Assembly (NCBI GenBank): GCA_027622665.1
Contig: JAQBYT010000004.1
Location: 128,001 to 192,000, forward strand
Reading direction: 5' to 3'
From: Verrucomicrobiota bacterium
GTDB taxonomy: Bacteria > Verrucomicrobiota > Verrucomicrobiia > Opitutales > Seribacteraceae
DNA length: 64,000 bases
Shown here in pieces: positions 50,542 through 59,984 of the stretch; within the stretch, counting starts at the first letter, position 1; each line of letters starts with the position of its first letter. Both the position numbers and the translations under genes were made by a program. The notes below the pieces were generated by a model. The model was not told where the DNA came from. It saw only the letters and a list, made by a program, of their open reading frames with translations, and did not search any database.

Positions 50542-50677
50542 GGTACGCTTATTCCGTTTGAGGTTTGGCCGAAGTGGCTTTGGTTTAATAATATAAAGTT
50601 CAAAGAGGGTATGCTCCGTCAAATCTTTTGCGTCCACTCAAATGTTATTTGCAAGGAGGGAAGGGCATTCGAAGGGC

Positions 50678-51786
50678 TCATTTGAGTGCCTTTTCAAACA
50701 AGGGATAGGCAACTTTCCCGTTCCAGCGTTGGTCTCCCTCGAATTGGTCGAAGCGAAGCCGTTTTTCCTCTCCGAGGGCATGGTAGGCGTTCTTCAGTCG
50801 CTTGCGGAAAACTTCATCCCACGGCTTCACTATGAGAGAATCCATGGAGCCGGTTTCCCAAACGCAAGGTCGCGTGGCAATCAGTGAACCGATCTCTGAA
50901 TAATCCCCATAATTCAAGAGTTTGGGTATTATTTGAGAACCGCAGCTATAGCGAATAGAAAGCCTTTCCTGGAGTAGGTTCAGTGCTCCGCTCACAGAGG
51001 CCACTTTGATGCGATTGTCCATCGCGGTTACTATCATCGTCATGCGACCGCCGTAGGAGAGACCGGAGCAACCGAGCTTCTCCGTATGTACTTCGGGCCG
51101 ACTTTGCAACAAGTCAAGGCGCCAGCGCAGGTCGCGCAAGTTCGCCGTGATGGGCAACTGGCCGAGGGTCTGCATCCGGACGAAGGTCCCGGCGCAGGGG
51201 TCTTGTCCGCCGTATTTCTTTCGGTTTACCCGGCGACCGAATGGCACCATGCAGGGTGCGGCAACGACATAGCCTTTTCGAACGAATTGCAGACCGTAAT
51301 CGTAGTGGCTTTTTTGGATGGCTTCTTCCACTCCGGGCAGGTCGTCTCGCCCCACGATCGGATCGTTACCGAACTCGCCATGGCCATGGACGCACAGGAC
51401 TCCTGGGGGCCTTCTTTCCTTTAGCAAGGTTCCTCGGGATCAGTAGGTAGACCGGGACGGAGGGAATGCCTTTCGCTTCGAGCAAGATCTGATGTCTCAC
51501 ATGGTCATTGAGCTTTACGACTTCCTCGACAGTTACCTTCCCATTCCTCGGCGGAGTAGAGTCGCCCAGCAATTCGGTCAGCTTGGTCTTGAATTCCTTT
51601 TGCCAACGTCTGCATTCTTCCGCGGTTTTCCCTTGGAACAGCATGGAGAGTCGGGCGTTCTTCAAGGCCGCTCCAATATCGGCGTCGACGAGTCGTTTCG
51701 GAGTTTGTCCGGCTAGTTTCGGCAGCGAGTCCGAGCATGGAGCTCGCCAGCGTCGCGGTGCGTTGAGTGAAGGCGCGACGGTTCAT
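50678..51786 (-). pseudogene. Tat-exported alpha/beta hydrolase (dienelactone hydrolase/acetylxylan esterase-like) with two frameshifts
   Basis: MNRRAF start at 51786 with shifts near 51725 and in the G5 run 51405-51409. Removing one base at each site joins three frames and restores KKAPGVLCVHGHG; GLSYGG is intact. Confidence 0.8.
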
Positions 51787-53573
51787 GGACGTTCCCAAAC
51801 GGCCGGCAGTTTCTTCGATGCCGGTCCGAAGGTTTGGGAGACGACGAAACCGCTTGCTTGCGAGGTGTAGAATATGCGTCCGTTGGAGACCACCGCACCG
51901 AGGCACTCGCGTGAGTCGATGGCGGGACCGGTGGAGACGAGTTTCCCATCCTTGGAGAGGTCGATCATGTCCATGTTTGCCCCGAGGACATATGGTTCCG
52001 ACATGGTGAAACGGCAGCAGGCGTAGTTGTGGCCTATGCTGCCAATCACCTTGCCGGTTTTGCGATCAAACAAATTGCCCTTACCGCGCAGGGCGTTGGA
52101 GAAGATGAATCGATCCCCTACGGTGACGACGTTTAGGGCCGAGGTCACGGGGTCGGACTTCCAGACGAGCGAACCGTCCTTGCCGTCCAGGCACCATACG
52201 AAACGTTCGTTCGTGCCCTCCTTGGCCCGATTGTAGCCGCCAATGTATATACGACCATCGCGGGCGCTGAGGGTGCATTTCGCTGTCACGTAATAATCTG
52301 TAGTGAGCCACACGACCTTGCCCGTCTTGGGTTCGATGCAGGCGGTCAAGCCGTTGTTTTCAACGGGCAGTCCACGCCGGACCTTCTGGCTGGTGGCGTA
52401 GCCGAAGAAGACCGAGTAGTAGAGTTTGCCGTCGAGGATGCTTATGCCGCAGTCATTGCCGCCGCGACCGTATTTTGTGAAATCCTTTTCCCAGAGCAGT
52501 TTGCCCGTTTTTAGGTTCCATGCCCAGATTCTCGGTCGATGATTCTTTGGGTAGTAGGGGTTGGTGTTCGAGGAGATCCAGCTCATTACCTCACGCCCGC
52601 TCGCCTTAACTGGTTCGCCGCCGAAGGTGAAATATTTCTCCGTGCCTTGGTAGGCATACTCGCCTGAACCGGAAGCATAGATAGCGATGTTGTCGTGAAC
52701 GACAGGCGGAAACTGTCGACTCCAGCCCGGCGAACCGGTGAAAGGCTGTTCCCAGAGCAATTTTCCGGTAGACGCATCCAGGCAACGTATGAGGGAGCGT
52801 TTGATACCGCCTTGCGGTATGAGCAATTTTCCGTCCACGTAAAGCGGTGAGGTGAAGGACAGATAGACGTCAGGCCAATGCCGTCGCCAAAGCAGGCGCC
52901 CGGTATCCTGCTCCACCGCGATGATTTGTCCTTCGGCGGTATGCGTGTAGAGGCGCCCGCCACCACAAACCGGCAGGTGCTTCACGGTGCCCTCGAGGCG
53001 GCGAGCCCAGCGCATGCGCAGAGGAGGTTCCAAGCCTTGGTCATTCGCGTTGGAGCCGGCGAAGTCACCGTAGTTAGTGTACCAGTTGTACTTGTCGTCG
53101 GCGAGGGGACCTTTTAGCGGACTGCGAATTTTCCAGATCTGCAGATCCTTCTTCGGCAGCGGCATCTTGCCGTTGGGTTCGATGACATAGAGGTAGCCAT
53201 CCTCACAGCCTGCGTAAATTCGTCCGTTCGCCACTGCCACGGGGGCTGTGATAGGCGAACCGAACGCAGTCTCGATCACGGTTGTTTTACCACCTTTCAG
53301 AGGCACTATGCGCAACTTGCCGTCGAGGCCTCCGTAAACGGCATGATCACGGGTTAGCGCCGGTGGGCAGATCGACCCCTCTGCGGACAGGGTTTCTGGC
53401 TTTTCCTTTCCCTCGCGGTGTCTGCACAGTCCCCGTCCGTGCTCGGGTCGCACGCGATATACGTCCTTCCCGCGTATGCTCATTGGGGCAAAGCTTAGCA
53501 GGCCGGGTATGCGGATGGTTGTCTCGGTGCTCTTGATGAAACCCATTTCCAATTTGTCGCCCGCTAATTTCAT
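51783..53573 (-). CDS. PQQ-binding-like beta-propeller protein, C-terminal part (N-terminus separated)
   Basis: Propeller blades (APVAVANGRIY, DTGRLLW) with no signal peptide; a matching-type N-terminal fragment lies at about 54265-54459. Confidence 0.75.
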   Translation of the reverse strand: MKLAGDKLEMGFIKSTETTIRIPGLLSFAPMSIRGKDVYRVRPEHGRGLCRHREGKEKPETLSAEGSICPPALTRDHAVYGGLDGKLRIVPLKGGKTTVIETAFGSPITAPVAVANGRIYAGCEDGYLYVIEPNGKMPLPKKDLQIWKIRSPLKGPLADDKYNWYTNYGDFAGSNANDQGLEPPLRMRWARRLEGTVKHLPVCGGGRLYTHTAEGQIIAVEQDTGRLLWRRHWPDVYLSFTSPLYVDGKLLIPQGGIKRSLIRCLDASTGKLLWEQPFTGSPGWSRQFPPVVHDNIAIYASGSGEYAYQGTEKYFTFGGEPVKASGREVMSWISSNTNPYYPKNHRPRIWAWNLKTGKLLWEKDFTKYGRGGNDCGISILDGKLYYSVFFGYATSQKVRRGLPVENNGLTACIEPKTGKVVWLTTDYYVTAKCTLSARDGRIYIGGYNRAKEGTNERFVWCLDGKDGSLVWKSDPVTSALNVVTVGDRFIFSNALRGKGNLFDRKTGKVIGSIGHNYACCRFTMSEPYVLGANMDMIDLSKDGKLVSTGPAIDSRECLGAVVSNGRIFYTSQASGFVVSQTFGPASKKLPAVWERP

Positions 53574-53594
53574 TTTCTCGACCCGCCCTCAACG

Positions 53595-53840
53595 TCATTG
53601 CTTGTCAGCCAGTTTTTCGCCACGCGATTTCAACACACTACGGACAAGGGTCACGCACCCTCCGATCGTGAATAGAACGCCGATGGCTGAAAGGAGGAGC
53701 ATTCTAACAGCAAGCGTCTCTGCAAGTGAAGCTGGAGACGCGGCTTCCGGGGCCGGTGTTGTCCAAGCAAACTCGCCGGAAAATACGAATGCGAAGCATG
53801 TGATGCCGACGACGATCAGGGCTATGCCAATCATTTTCAT
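53595..53840 (-). CDS. Small two-TM membrane protein (hypothetical)
   Basis: 81 aa with two hydrophobic segments. Confidence 0.55.
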   Translation of the reverse strand: MKMIGIALIVVGITCFAFVFSGEFAWTTPAPEAASPASLAETLAVRMLLLSAIGVLFTIGGCVTLVRSVLKSRGEKLADKQ

Positions 53841-54264
53841 TGTGGTGGAATGCTAATGCTAGGAATTTGCTTTTTCATCCAAGGCGGAGAATACACTGGG
53901 GAGCCGGTCTGGGAAGGGGAAAAGGGGGTTGCGGGGGAAAAGGGGAGATTTTTTGGTAAAAACTGAAACGCTAAAAATCTAAAAAGCTGAAATTAGAGGG
54001 TGAATACGCTTATTTTCAATCATTTGGTCACGGTTTGCAGACTTAAAGGCACAGCTCCCCCGCCCTGCTGCGGCTTTCGGCTTGCTGCGGGGTCTATTTT
54101 TTAGCGTCCTGCTTGTCAGTTTTAATCGAAAACCAAGATGCGGCCGTCTTCCAAATGGATTTCCTTGTGCTTCCATGTTGGCCTCTGATCGTAGCCATCA
54201 GGGTCGGGATTCGATGGGTTCCTCGAACGATTAAACCAATCGAGATCGGGTTCATCGTCGGGAA

Positions 54265-54459
54265 CGCCACCGCCAAGCCCAGCGATCCTGTCAATGTCTC
54301 GGTTGGCGCATTGCCCGACCGTTTTGCGTCTCCTTGCAATTGGCTCCACTCGGCCGCATCCAAGATAATCCCGTGGACCGCCATGCCACTGATCCAAAGG
54401 CTCGATGTGAGCAAGACGGAAAGCCACGGGGATATTCTGTTGAACGGTGAGCTGTTCAT
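54265..54459 (-). pseudogene. N-terminal fragment of a PQQ-like propeller gene
   Basis: Signal peptide plus AAEWSQLQGDAKRSGNAP...LGLAVAFP (the 'W.Q..G...R.G' propeller leader), followed by unrelated sequence. Confidence 0.65.
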
Positions 54460-54572
54460 AATTCGCAGGGTGAAGGGTTCAAGGGATTGTTTTATTTGTT
54501 CTGAGACTTTTCTCATATTTGTGTTCTTTATTTGTAAATCTAATTCTCTGGCAGTTGTTCGGTGAGGCCCCC

Positions 54573-55919
54573 TTACTTGCCCCTCCCTCCATTCTTGAAG
54601 CAGTAGACATGGGCGTCCGTGCGAATGATCAACTTGTTTCCGGATATGGCGGGAGTTGCCATGCACATGTCCTCCTCGAGGAGTTTGTTTGTATGAAGGA
54701 GTTTATATTTGCGACCCGCTTGTAGAACATAAGTTTCTCCGAATTCGTTGAGGTAAAAGATTTTTCCATTGTAAGCCCAAGGGGAGCTGGTGAAGGCCCG
54801 ACCTTCGGGTAGGCGGACGGGACCGTAGACCTGTTTGCCGGTCTTTGCCTCATAGCAGGCTACTATTCCGCGGTCAAGTAGTACGTAGAGGAGGTCGCCG
54901 TAAACTATGGTAGATGGATTGTAGGGGCCTGCTCGGGGTTGACGCCAGGCGACGTACTCGCTGCTGTCTTGGTCTGAGCGCAGGGAGATATCACCAGTGG
55001 CCCCTGGGCGAATGGCGAAGATCGGCTTCTTGCGGTCTCCCACGTATCCGGAGGTGACGTAGAGGAGACCGAACTTGGCGTACGGAGTAGCGATGGTGAT
55101 GGATGAATTTCCCCCGAATTGGTAGAGTAGTTTACCATTCAAGTCATAGGATCGCACTTTCTGGGTTCCCGAGGTGATAATCTCGGTTCGCAGTTCGTTT
55201 TCCCATAGGTAAGGCGTTGCCCAATTACTCTTTTCATCGCGTTTCGTTCGCCACAGTTCCTTGCCGGTCTTGGCGTCGAGAGCCACGAGGTAGGACTGTT
55301 CCTCGTTGTCGTTAACCACATACAGTTTGCCCTCGTGGAGGATGGGTGATGCGGCCAATCCCCAACCATATCGCGTCTTGTGAGCCGGCCATCGCTTGCT
55401 CCAGAGCAACTCACCCTCGACGGAGTAGCAGTACAGGCCATGATTACCGAAGTAGGCGTAGATTCGCTCCCCATCGGTGATGGGGGTCTCGGTGGCATAA
55501 CTATTCTTGATGTGAATGCTGCCTTGCGGTTTCCCGGTGCGGGTCAATTTCTCCCACAACACTTCGCCGGAATTGAGATCCAAGCAGAGCACCTTCCAAC
55601 GATGGATGTTCTTTGTGGCGGCCCGATTGCCACCGAAATAGAGCCCTTTTTTAGGTTCCTCGGTTTTTCCCTCGTTGATGGCCGTGGTGAGGAACAGGCG
55701 GTTGCCCCACACCACGGGAGAGGACCAACCGCGCCCGGCGATTTCCCGTTTCCATAGAACGTTCTCCGTCGGATCCCATTTGTCGGGCAGATCTGGATTA
55801 TCCGATACACCGAGGGCCTTGGGTCCACGAAACTGAGGCCAGTTGTTTTCGTCCACCGCCGAATGGAGCAAAGGACCTAGCGTAAGGATGGTCAACCCGA
55901 GGATCAGTTGTCTATGCAT
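54573..55919 (-). CDS. PQQ-binding-like beta-propeller protein
   Basis: NWPQFRGP, GWSSPVV, NSYATETP and MATPAIS. Confidence 0.9.
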   Translation of the reverse strand: MHRQLILGLTILTLGPLLHSAVDENNWPQFRGPKALGVSDNPDLPDKWDPTENVLWKREIAGRGWSSPVVWGNRLFLTTAINEGKTEEPKKGLYFGGNRAATKNIHRWKVLCLDLNSGEVLWEKLTRTGKPQGSIHIKNSYATETPITDGERIYAYFGNHGLYCYSVEGELLWSKRWPAHKTRYGWGLAASPILHEGKLYVVNDNEEQSYLVALDAKTGKELWRTKRDEKSNWATPYLWENELRTEIITSGTQKVRSYDLNGKLLYQFGGNSSITIATPYAKFGLLYVTSGYVGDRKKPIFAIRPGATGDISLRSDQDSSEYVAWRQPRAGPYNPSTIVYGDLLYVLLDRGIVACYEAKTGKQVYGPVRLPEGRAFTSSPWAYNGKIFYLNEFGETYVLQAGRKYKLLHTNKLLEEDMCMATPAISGNKLIIRTDAHVYCFKNGGRGK

Positions 55920-55984
55920 GGCTCAAGACTCCTTGCGTATTCAATTGTGGATCGAGTCCGTGGGGATCCATTTATCTTGAACGA

Positions 55985-57055
55985 TCATTTGTTTTTTAGG
56001 GGAGAAAAGCCCAAACTAAGGACAGGACTCGCCGAATTGCCAGCCTGAAGGTCAAAGTCGAAGAGACGGGCGGGAGTGTTGCCTGCAAGATCCTCCAGTT
56101 CGTGATCAACCCGCAAGACATGACGGGATGGGCGCCATGGTTCCTTGGGCGTGAAAGACCAACTTGTTTCGCTGGGGCCTATTAGAAGCTCACCTGCAAC
56201 TGGTTTGGCTTGGTCGTCGAGGATCGTCAGCATCCGGTGGAGCAGGGAGTGATCCAAGGATTCGGGGAAGCGAATGCGTAGTGGTTCAAGCGTGCCGGCT
56301 CCGGGATTGCTGATTCGCCATTTTGATGGCAGGGGACGTTCGCGGTCCGGGTTGCTGGTGACGAACTCCTTTCGGTACGAGTGATCCAACGGTTGACCTT
56401 CGGCGTTTCGTACTTTCCGCGAGACCAGCAGGACATAACGATGATTTGGGTGCAACACGGGCCCTTCGTCCTCGCGGAGATTCACCTCCTGCTTGATGCG
56501 ACCCGGGTGGATCCAAAGGGTAAGGCGGGTGGCGTCGTGGGACCATAGCTCGACGCGGCGCCACGGGTGAGGAATCGGCTCGTTACCGTTGTCCATGTCG
56601 AGGATTTGTATTTGATCGAAGATGGCTTTTCCTTCCCGCATGGGCTTGGAGAAATGAAGATAGAATTTTAGGTTGTTGGCAGGAAGAGTGGAGGCGCTGG
56701 GATAGACTTGCTTCACGACTGCAGGTTCACTTCCGAGAAGATTGGGCACGCTGTAGGTGGCGGTGTCCCGTGAGCCGTTCGGGCCTATCAGCGTGGCTCG
56801 ATAACGGAGACCTCGACCCAAGCCGTACTTCGGGATGAACGCCATGCGTTCACCCCGTTGCCGAACGTTCCCGAGAATGGAGGGACCCTCACGTCCTTCC
56901 TCGTCGAGCAAGACCAAGCTGAGCCGACCTTTCTTGCCCTGCGCCACCACTTCGACCTGGGTAGGATCATCTGCCAGCGGACGGATTTCGAGGCTTGGCG
57001 GAGGCTGTTTCGCCGCCAACGAGGCGGCGGTCAGCAACAAGGCGAGGCGCAGCAC
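55985..57055 (-). CDS. Secreted hypothetical protein with Ig-like domains
   Basis: Signal peptide; YPSASTLPANNLKFYLHFSKPM, RLTLWIHPGRIK and LEDLAGN. Confidence 0.75.
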   Translation of the reverse strand: MLRLALLLTAASLAAKQPPPSLEIRPLADDPTQVEVVAQGKKGRLSLVLLDEEGREGPSILGNVRQRGERMAFIPKYGLGRGLRYRATLIGPNGSRDTATYSVPNLLGSEPAVVKQVYPSASTLPANNLKFYLHFSKPMREGKAIFDQIQILDMDNGNEPIPHPWRRVELWSHDATRLTLWIHPGRIKQEVNLREDEGPVLHPNHRYVLLVSRKVRNAEGQPLDHSYRKEFVTSNPDRERPLPSKWRISNPGAGTLEPLRIRFPESLDHSLLHRMLTILDDQAKPVAGELLIGPSETSWSFTPKEPWRPSRHVLRVDHELEDLAGNTPARLFDFDLQAGNSASPVLSLGFSPLKNK

Positions 57056-57074
57056 GAAATTGACCTTTTAAGGG

Positions 57075-58196
57075 TCAGGGCAGGGCGAGAGCCGTCAGCG
57101 TCAGGCCGTTCTTTTCCTCCTTGAGGACGAGGGCATGGTCGACGCCCAGTTTGTCCATTTGCCGTACACCATGGAAGGCTTCGACCATTTGTACACGGTC
57201 GGTCGCGGGATCGTCGCCCTTGAGGCGGAGAAGCGCCTTCTCGTTGACCTTTTCTTTCTCGGCCAGGATGCCTTGCTCGAACTTGACCGTCCAATAGGGG
57301 CTGGGTCCAAAGGCCTTTCGCTTGTGGTGAAAGCGAAAAGTATTGGTCAGAACATAAGGCTTTCCGTTTTTCTCGTAGATGAACATGTCCAGCGGTCGAT
57401 TACCGGATCCTAGTTCCAACACACTGGAGCCTTTTACCATGGCGTCGGCTTTCAGAGCGTCTAGGGGATATTTGACCACGGGGGTGCAACTGAATGCCCC
57501 GATCACGTATTGGCGGTCGTTTTCACGGTAGGGGACGAGCACGCTCATGGGAGCTTTCGTTTCCCATCGTCGATGTTGGACGTGATAAGTTTCGGCACTG
57601 TAGACATTTCCTTTGGCGTCATGGGCCAAAGGGGTTTCGATGGCGAATATCTTGGAGGCGAACTGGTCGGCGCTGCGACCGGCCGCGATCAGTTGAGTGT
57701 CGGCCCAAGCCACGTCGGTTACTCGGCTGATGCTGTTCTTTCCACCAGCCAAGCTGATGCGGGCGAATTCCACTTTGTCCAAGGAGAACTCTGAGATCTT
57801 TCCTTTGCCGTCGACGGTCAGGATTAGGTGGCTCTTGTCGTCTTGCTTGCGGATGGCGAAGTAGGCTTTGCCCGATGCGGGGTTCACCGCGAGGTCGAGG
57901 ATCTCTATGCCGTCGGCTTTGGCTCCGATTACGCCTGCAAGTTTCGCGTCTATGGACGGGATGGCCTTCGTTAATGATTTGGCGGGCGCAAGGTCGCCCG
58001 TCCGAACGGCCACGATTTGGGCACCTTGTCCATCGCCGATCAGGAGCACCCCTTGGGGAGCGAAACTGATCACGTCGATGGCTTTGAGGTTCGGGTTCCC
58101 TTGGGTCGTTTTGCTAAGGACTTGCGGCGGCTTGGCGAAAGTGTATGCGGCAGAAAGAGCCAACAGGAAGAGGGCATGGAGGAGCGTTCGTTTCAT
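57075..58196 (-). CDS. Secreted hypothetical beta-propeller-like protein
   Basis: 373 aa with a signal peptide; ISFAPQGVLLIGD, DLAVNP, CTPVVKYP and ELGSGNRPLDM. Confidence 0.8.
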   Translation of the reverse strand: MKRTLLHALFLLALSAAYTFAKPPQVLSKTTQGNPNLKAIDVISFAPQGVLLIGDGQGAQIVAVRTGDLAPAKSLTKAIPSIDAKLAGVIGAKADGIEILDLAVNPASGKAYFAIRKQDDKSHLILTVDGKGKISEFSLDKVEFARISLAGGKNSISRVTDVAWADTQLIAAGRSADQFASKIFAIETPLAHDAKGNVYSAETYHVQHRRWETKAPMSVLVPYRENDRQYVIGAFSCTPVVKYPLDALKADAMVKGSSVLELGSGNRPLDMFIYEKNGKPYVLTNTFRFHHKRKAFGPSPYWTVKFEQGILAEKEKVNEKALLRLKGDDPATDRVQMVEAFHGVRQMDKLGVDHALVLKEEKNGLTLTALALP

Positions 58197-58252
58197 AATG
58201 GATGCGGACGGAGTCGGTTGGGGGTGAGGCTAAAAGGATAGTTTGCCCGAAG

Positions 58253-58410
58253 TCATGCCAAGATTTTACGGACGATGCGTCCATGCACTTCGGTGATACG
58301 ATAGTCGCGCCCTTGGTGACGATAGGTGAGGTGTTTGTGGTTGAGACCGAGAAGATCGGAGTATGGATAAGGACAACTGGGGTAAGGGTTTTCACGGTTG
58401 CGTACTTGCT
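58253..58410 (-). pseudogene. C-terminal DUF1501 relic
   Basis: My translation [33 protein letters not shown] matches [33 protein letters not shown] of 4695..6131. Confidence 0.8.
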
Positions 58411-58420
58411 TCCGTGAAGC

Positions 58421-59878
58421 TTAGACGGCCAATTCCGGAATCGGGTGAGCGTCCTCCACTCGCTTTACGATTTCAGTTGGGATGCCCTGAGCGATGCGCA
58501 GTTTACCGAAATCGAAGAGGGTGTGGAGGATGGTGCCCATCATCATGTTGGGACTAATGGGATTGTCGTCGGGTTCGCCGTTCCGCCGGTCGGCCTTGCC
58601 GATGACTTGCCCCATGGGCAGACCGCCTCCCGCAAATGCAAGGGTGCCCAACTTCGCCCAGTGGTCGCGTCCACCTTTCTTGTTGATGGTGGGAGTGCGT
58701 CCAAAGTCGCCCGTCAGGACAAGAAGAACCTTGTCGGACAAGCCGCGGTCTTCGAGGTCTTGGAGAAAAGCGGAAATCGCCTTGTCAACGGTCCAGCCCA
58801 ACATGTTCATGCCTTTTACCATACCGGGATTGTTGCCGTCGGCATGCATGTCCCAGCCAGCGCTGTGAACGGTCACGAAACCGGCCCCTGACTCCACCAT
58901 GCGTCGAGCCAACAACATTTGGTGACCGAGGGTGGATTTGCGAAATATCTTGTGCCCGATCTTCATGTCGGAGGTGTCGTAGGCCTCCAGAACCTTGGGG
59001 TTTTCTTTGGTGAGATCGAAGGTTTCGGATGCGGAACCAAGGATTAGCTCGAGGGCCCGTTGCTCGTATTCGTCGGTGGCCGCCAATGCTCCGGATGCAT
59101 CTGCTTCGCGGCGTAAACTATCGATCGATGACAGGAGAGCTTTCCTGTTTTCCAGTCTTTCGCGCGATAGGTTTAGTTGCATGTCGGCTGCCACGGAGCC
59201 TTTGCCCGGCGAGGAGGATTTGTTCGTATTCTTGCCGTTGCCGGACACCTCGTCTTGACGGATGAAGGGAGCGTAAGAAGAGCCGAGGTCCCCCGGCCAT
59301 GATCCTTTCACGACACGCCCCAGTTCCTTCCGATATTGGCCGTCCTTCTCCGGATGTGTGAGAAGAGCATAGGAGGGGAATCCGGTCTTTGGGTGGTTGG
59401 CTCCGCGAATGCGGGCGTAAAGCGAACCGATGCTGCGTCCCTCCATCGCTTGACCCTTGGGGTCGGTTCCACCCGATAAAACATGGACATGAGCTTGTTC
59501 GTGTCCGCCGATCGGATGAGTGAAGGATCGTACGATGGCCATTTTGTGGGCCCACTTGGCGAGAGATGGGAAAGTGCCCCCGAAGGTGACGCCTGATAGG
59601 GAGGTCTTTACTTCCCCCGTCATGCTGTTGTAGGGCGAAGGTGCTTCCATGTTCGGGTTGAAGGTCTCGATGTGACTGGCCCCACCGGACAAATATAGCA
59701 TAACCACCGCCTTGTCTCGTACGTGGTCCGCTTTAGCTCGAGTGGCGTATGCCTTGCTTGCGAGCAAGTCCGGCAGTGACATTGCACCGAGCCCAAGACT
59801 TCCTACGCGAAGGAAGTCGCGTCTTGAAGTGCCTTCGCAGTCACGATTTCCAAACTGAGAAGTATTGACAGTCAGCAT
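58421..59878 (-). CDS. DUF1501 family protein
   Basis: Start MLTV at 59878; SRRDFL, GGASHIETF, WDMH, GDFGRTP and GRDHW. Confidence 0.9.
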   Translation of the reverse strand: MLTVNTSQFGNRDCEGTSRRDFLRVGSLGLGAMSLPDLLASKAYATRAKADHVRDKAVVMLYLSGGASHIETFNPNMEAPSPYNSMTGEVKTSLSGVTFGGTFPSLAKWAHKMAIVRSFTHPIGGHEQAHVHVLSGGTDPKGQAMEGRSIGSLYARIRGANHPKTGFPSYALLTHPEKDGQYRKELGRVVKGSWPGDLGSSYAPFIRQDEVSGNGKNTNKSSSPGKGSVAADMQLNLSRERLENRKALLSSIDSLRREADASGALAATDEYEQRALELILGSASETFDLTKENPKVLEAYDTSDMKIGHKIFRKSTLGHQMLLARRMVESGAGFVTVHSAGWDMHADGNNPGMVKGMNMLGWTVDKAISAFLQDLEDRGLSDKVLLVLTGDFGRTPTINKKGGRDHWAKLGTLAFAGGGLPMGQVIGKADRRNGEPDDNPISPNMMMGTILHTLFDFGKLRIAQGIPTEIVKRVEDAHPIPELAV

Positions 59879-59984
59879 CGTATTTATCTCTTCACGGTTT
59901 CCTCTATTGAAAATTACGCGCCGAGGCATTGCGGTGCGAGGCGAAAAGGAAGAAACCTCGCCCTTTTCTCAAGCGGGGATTCCT

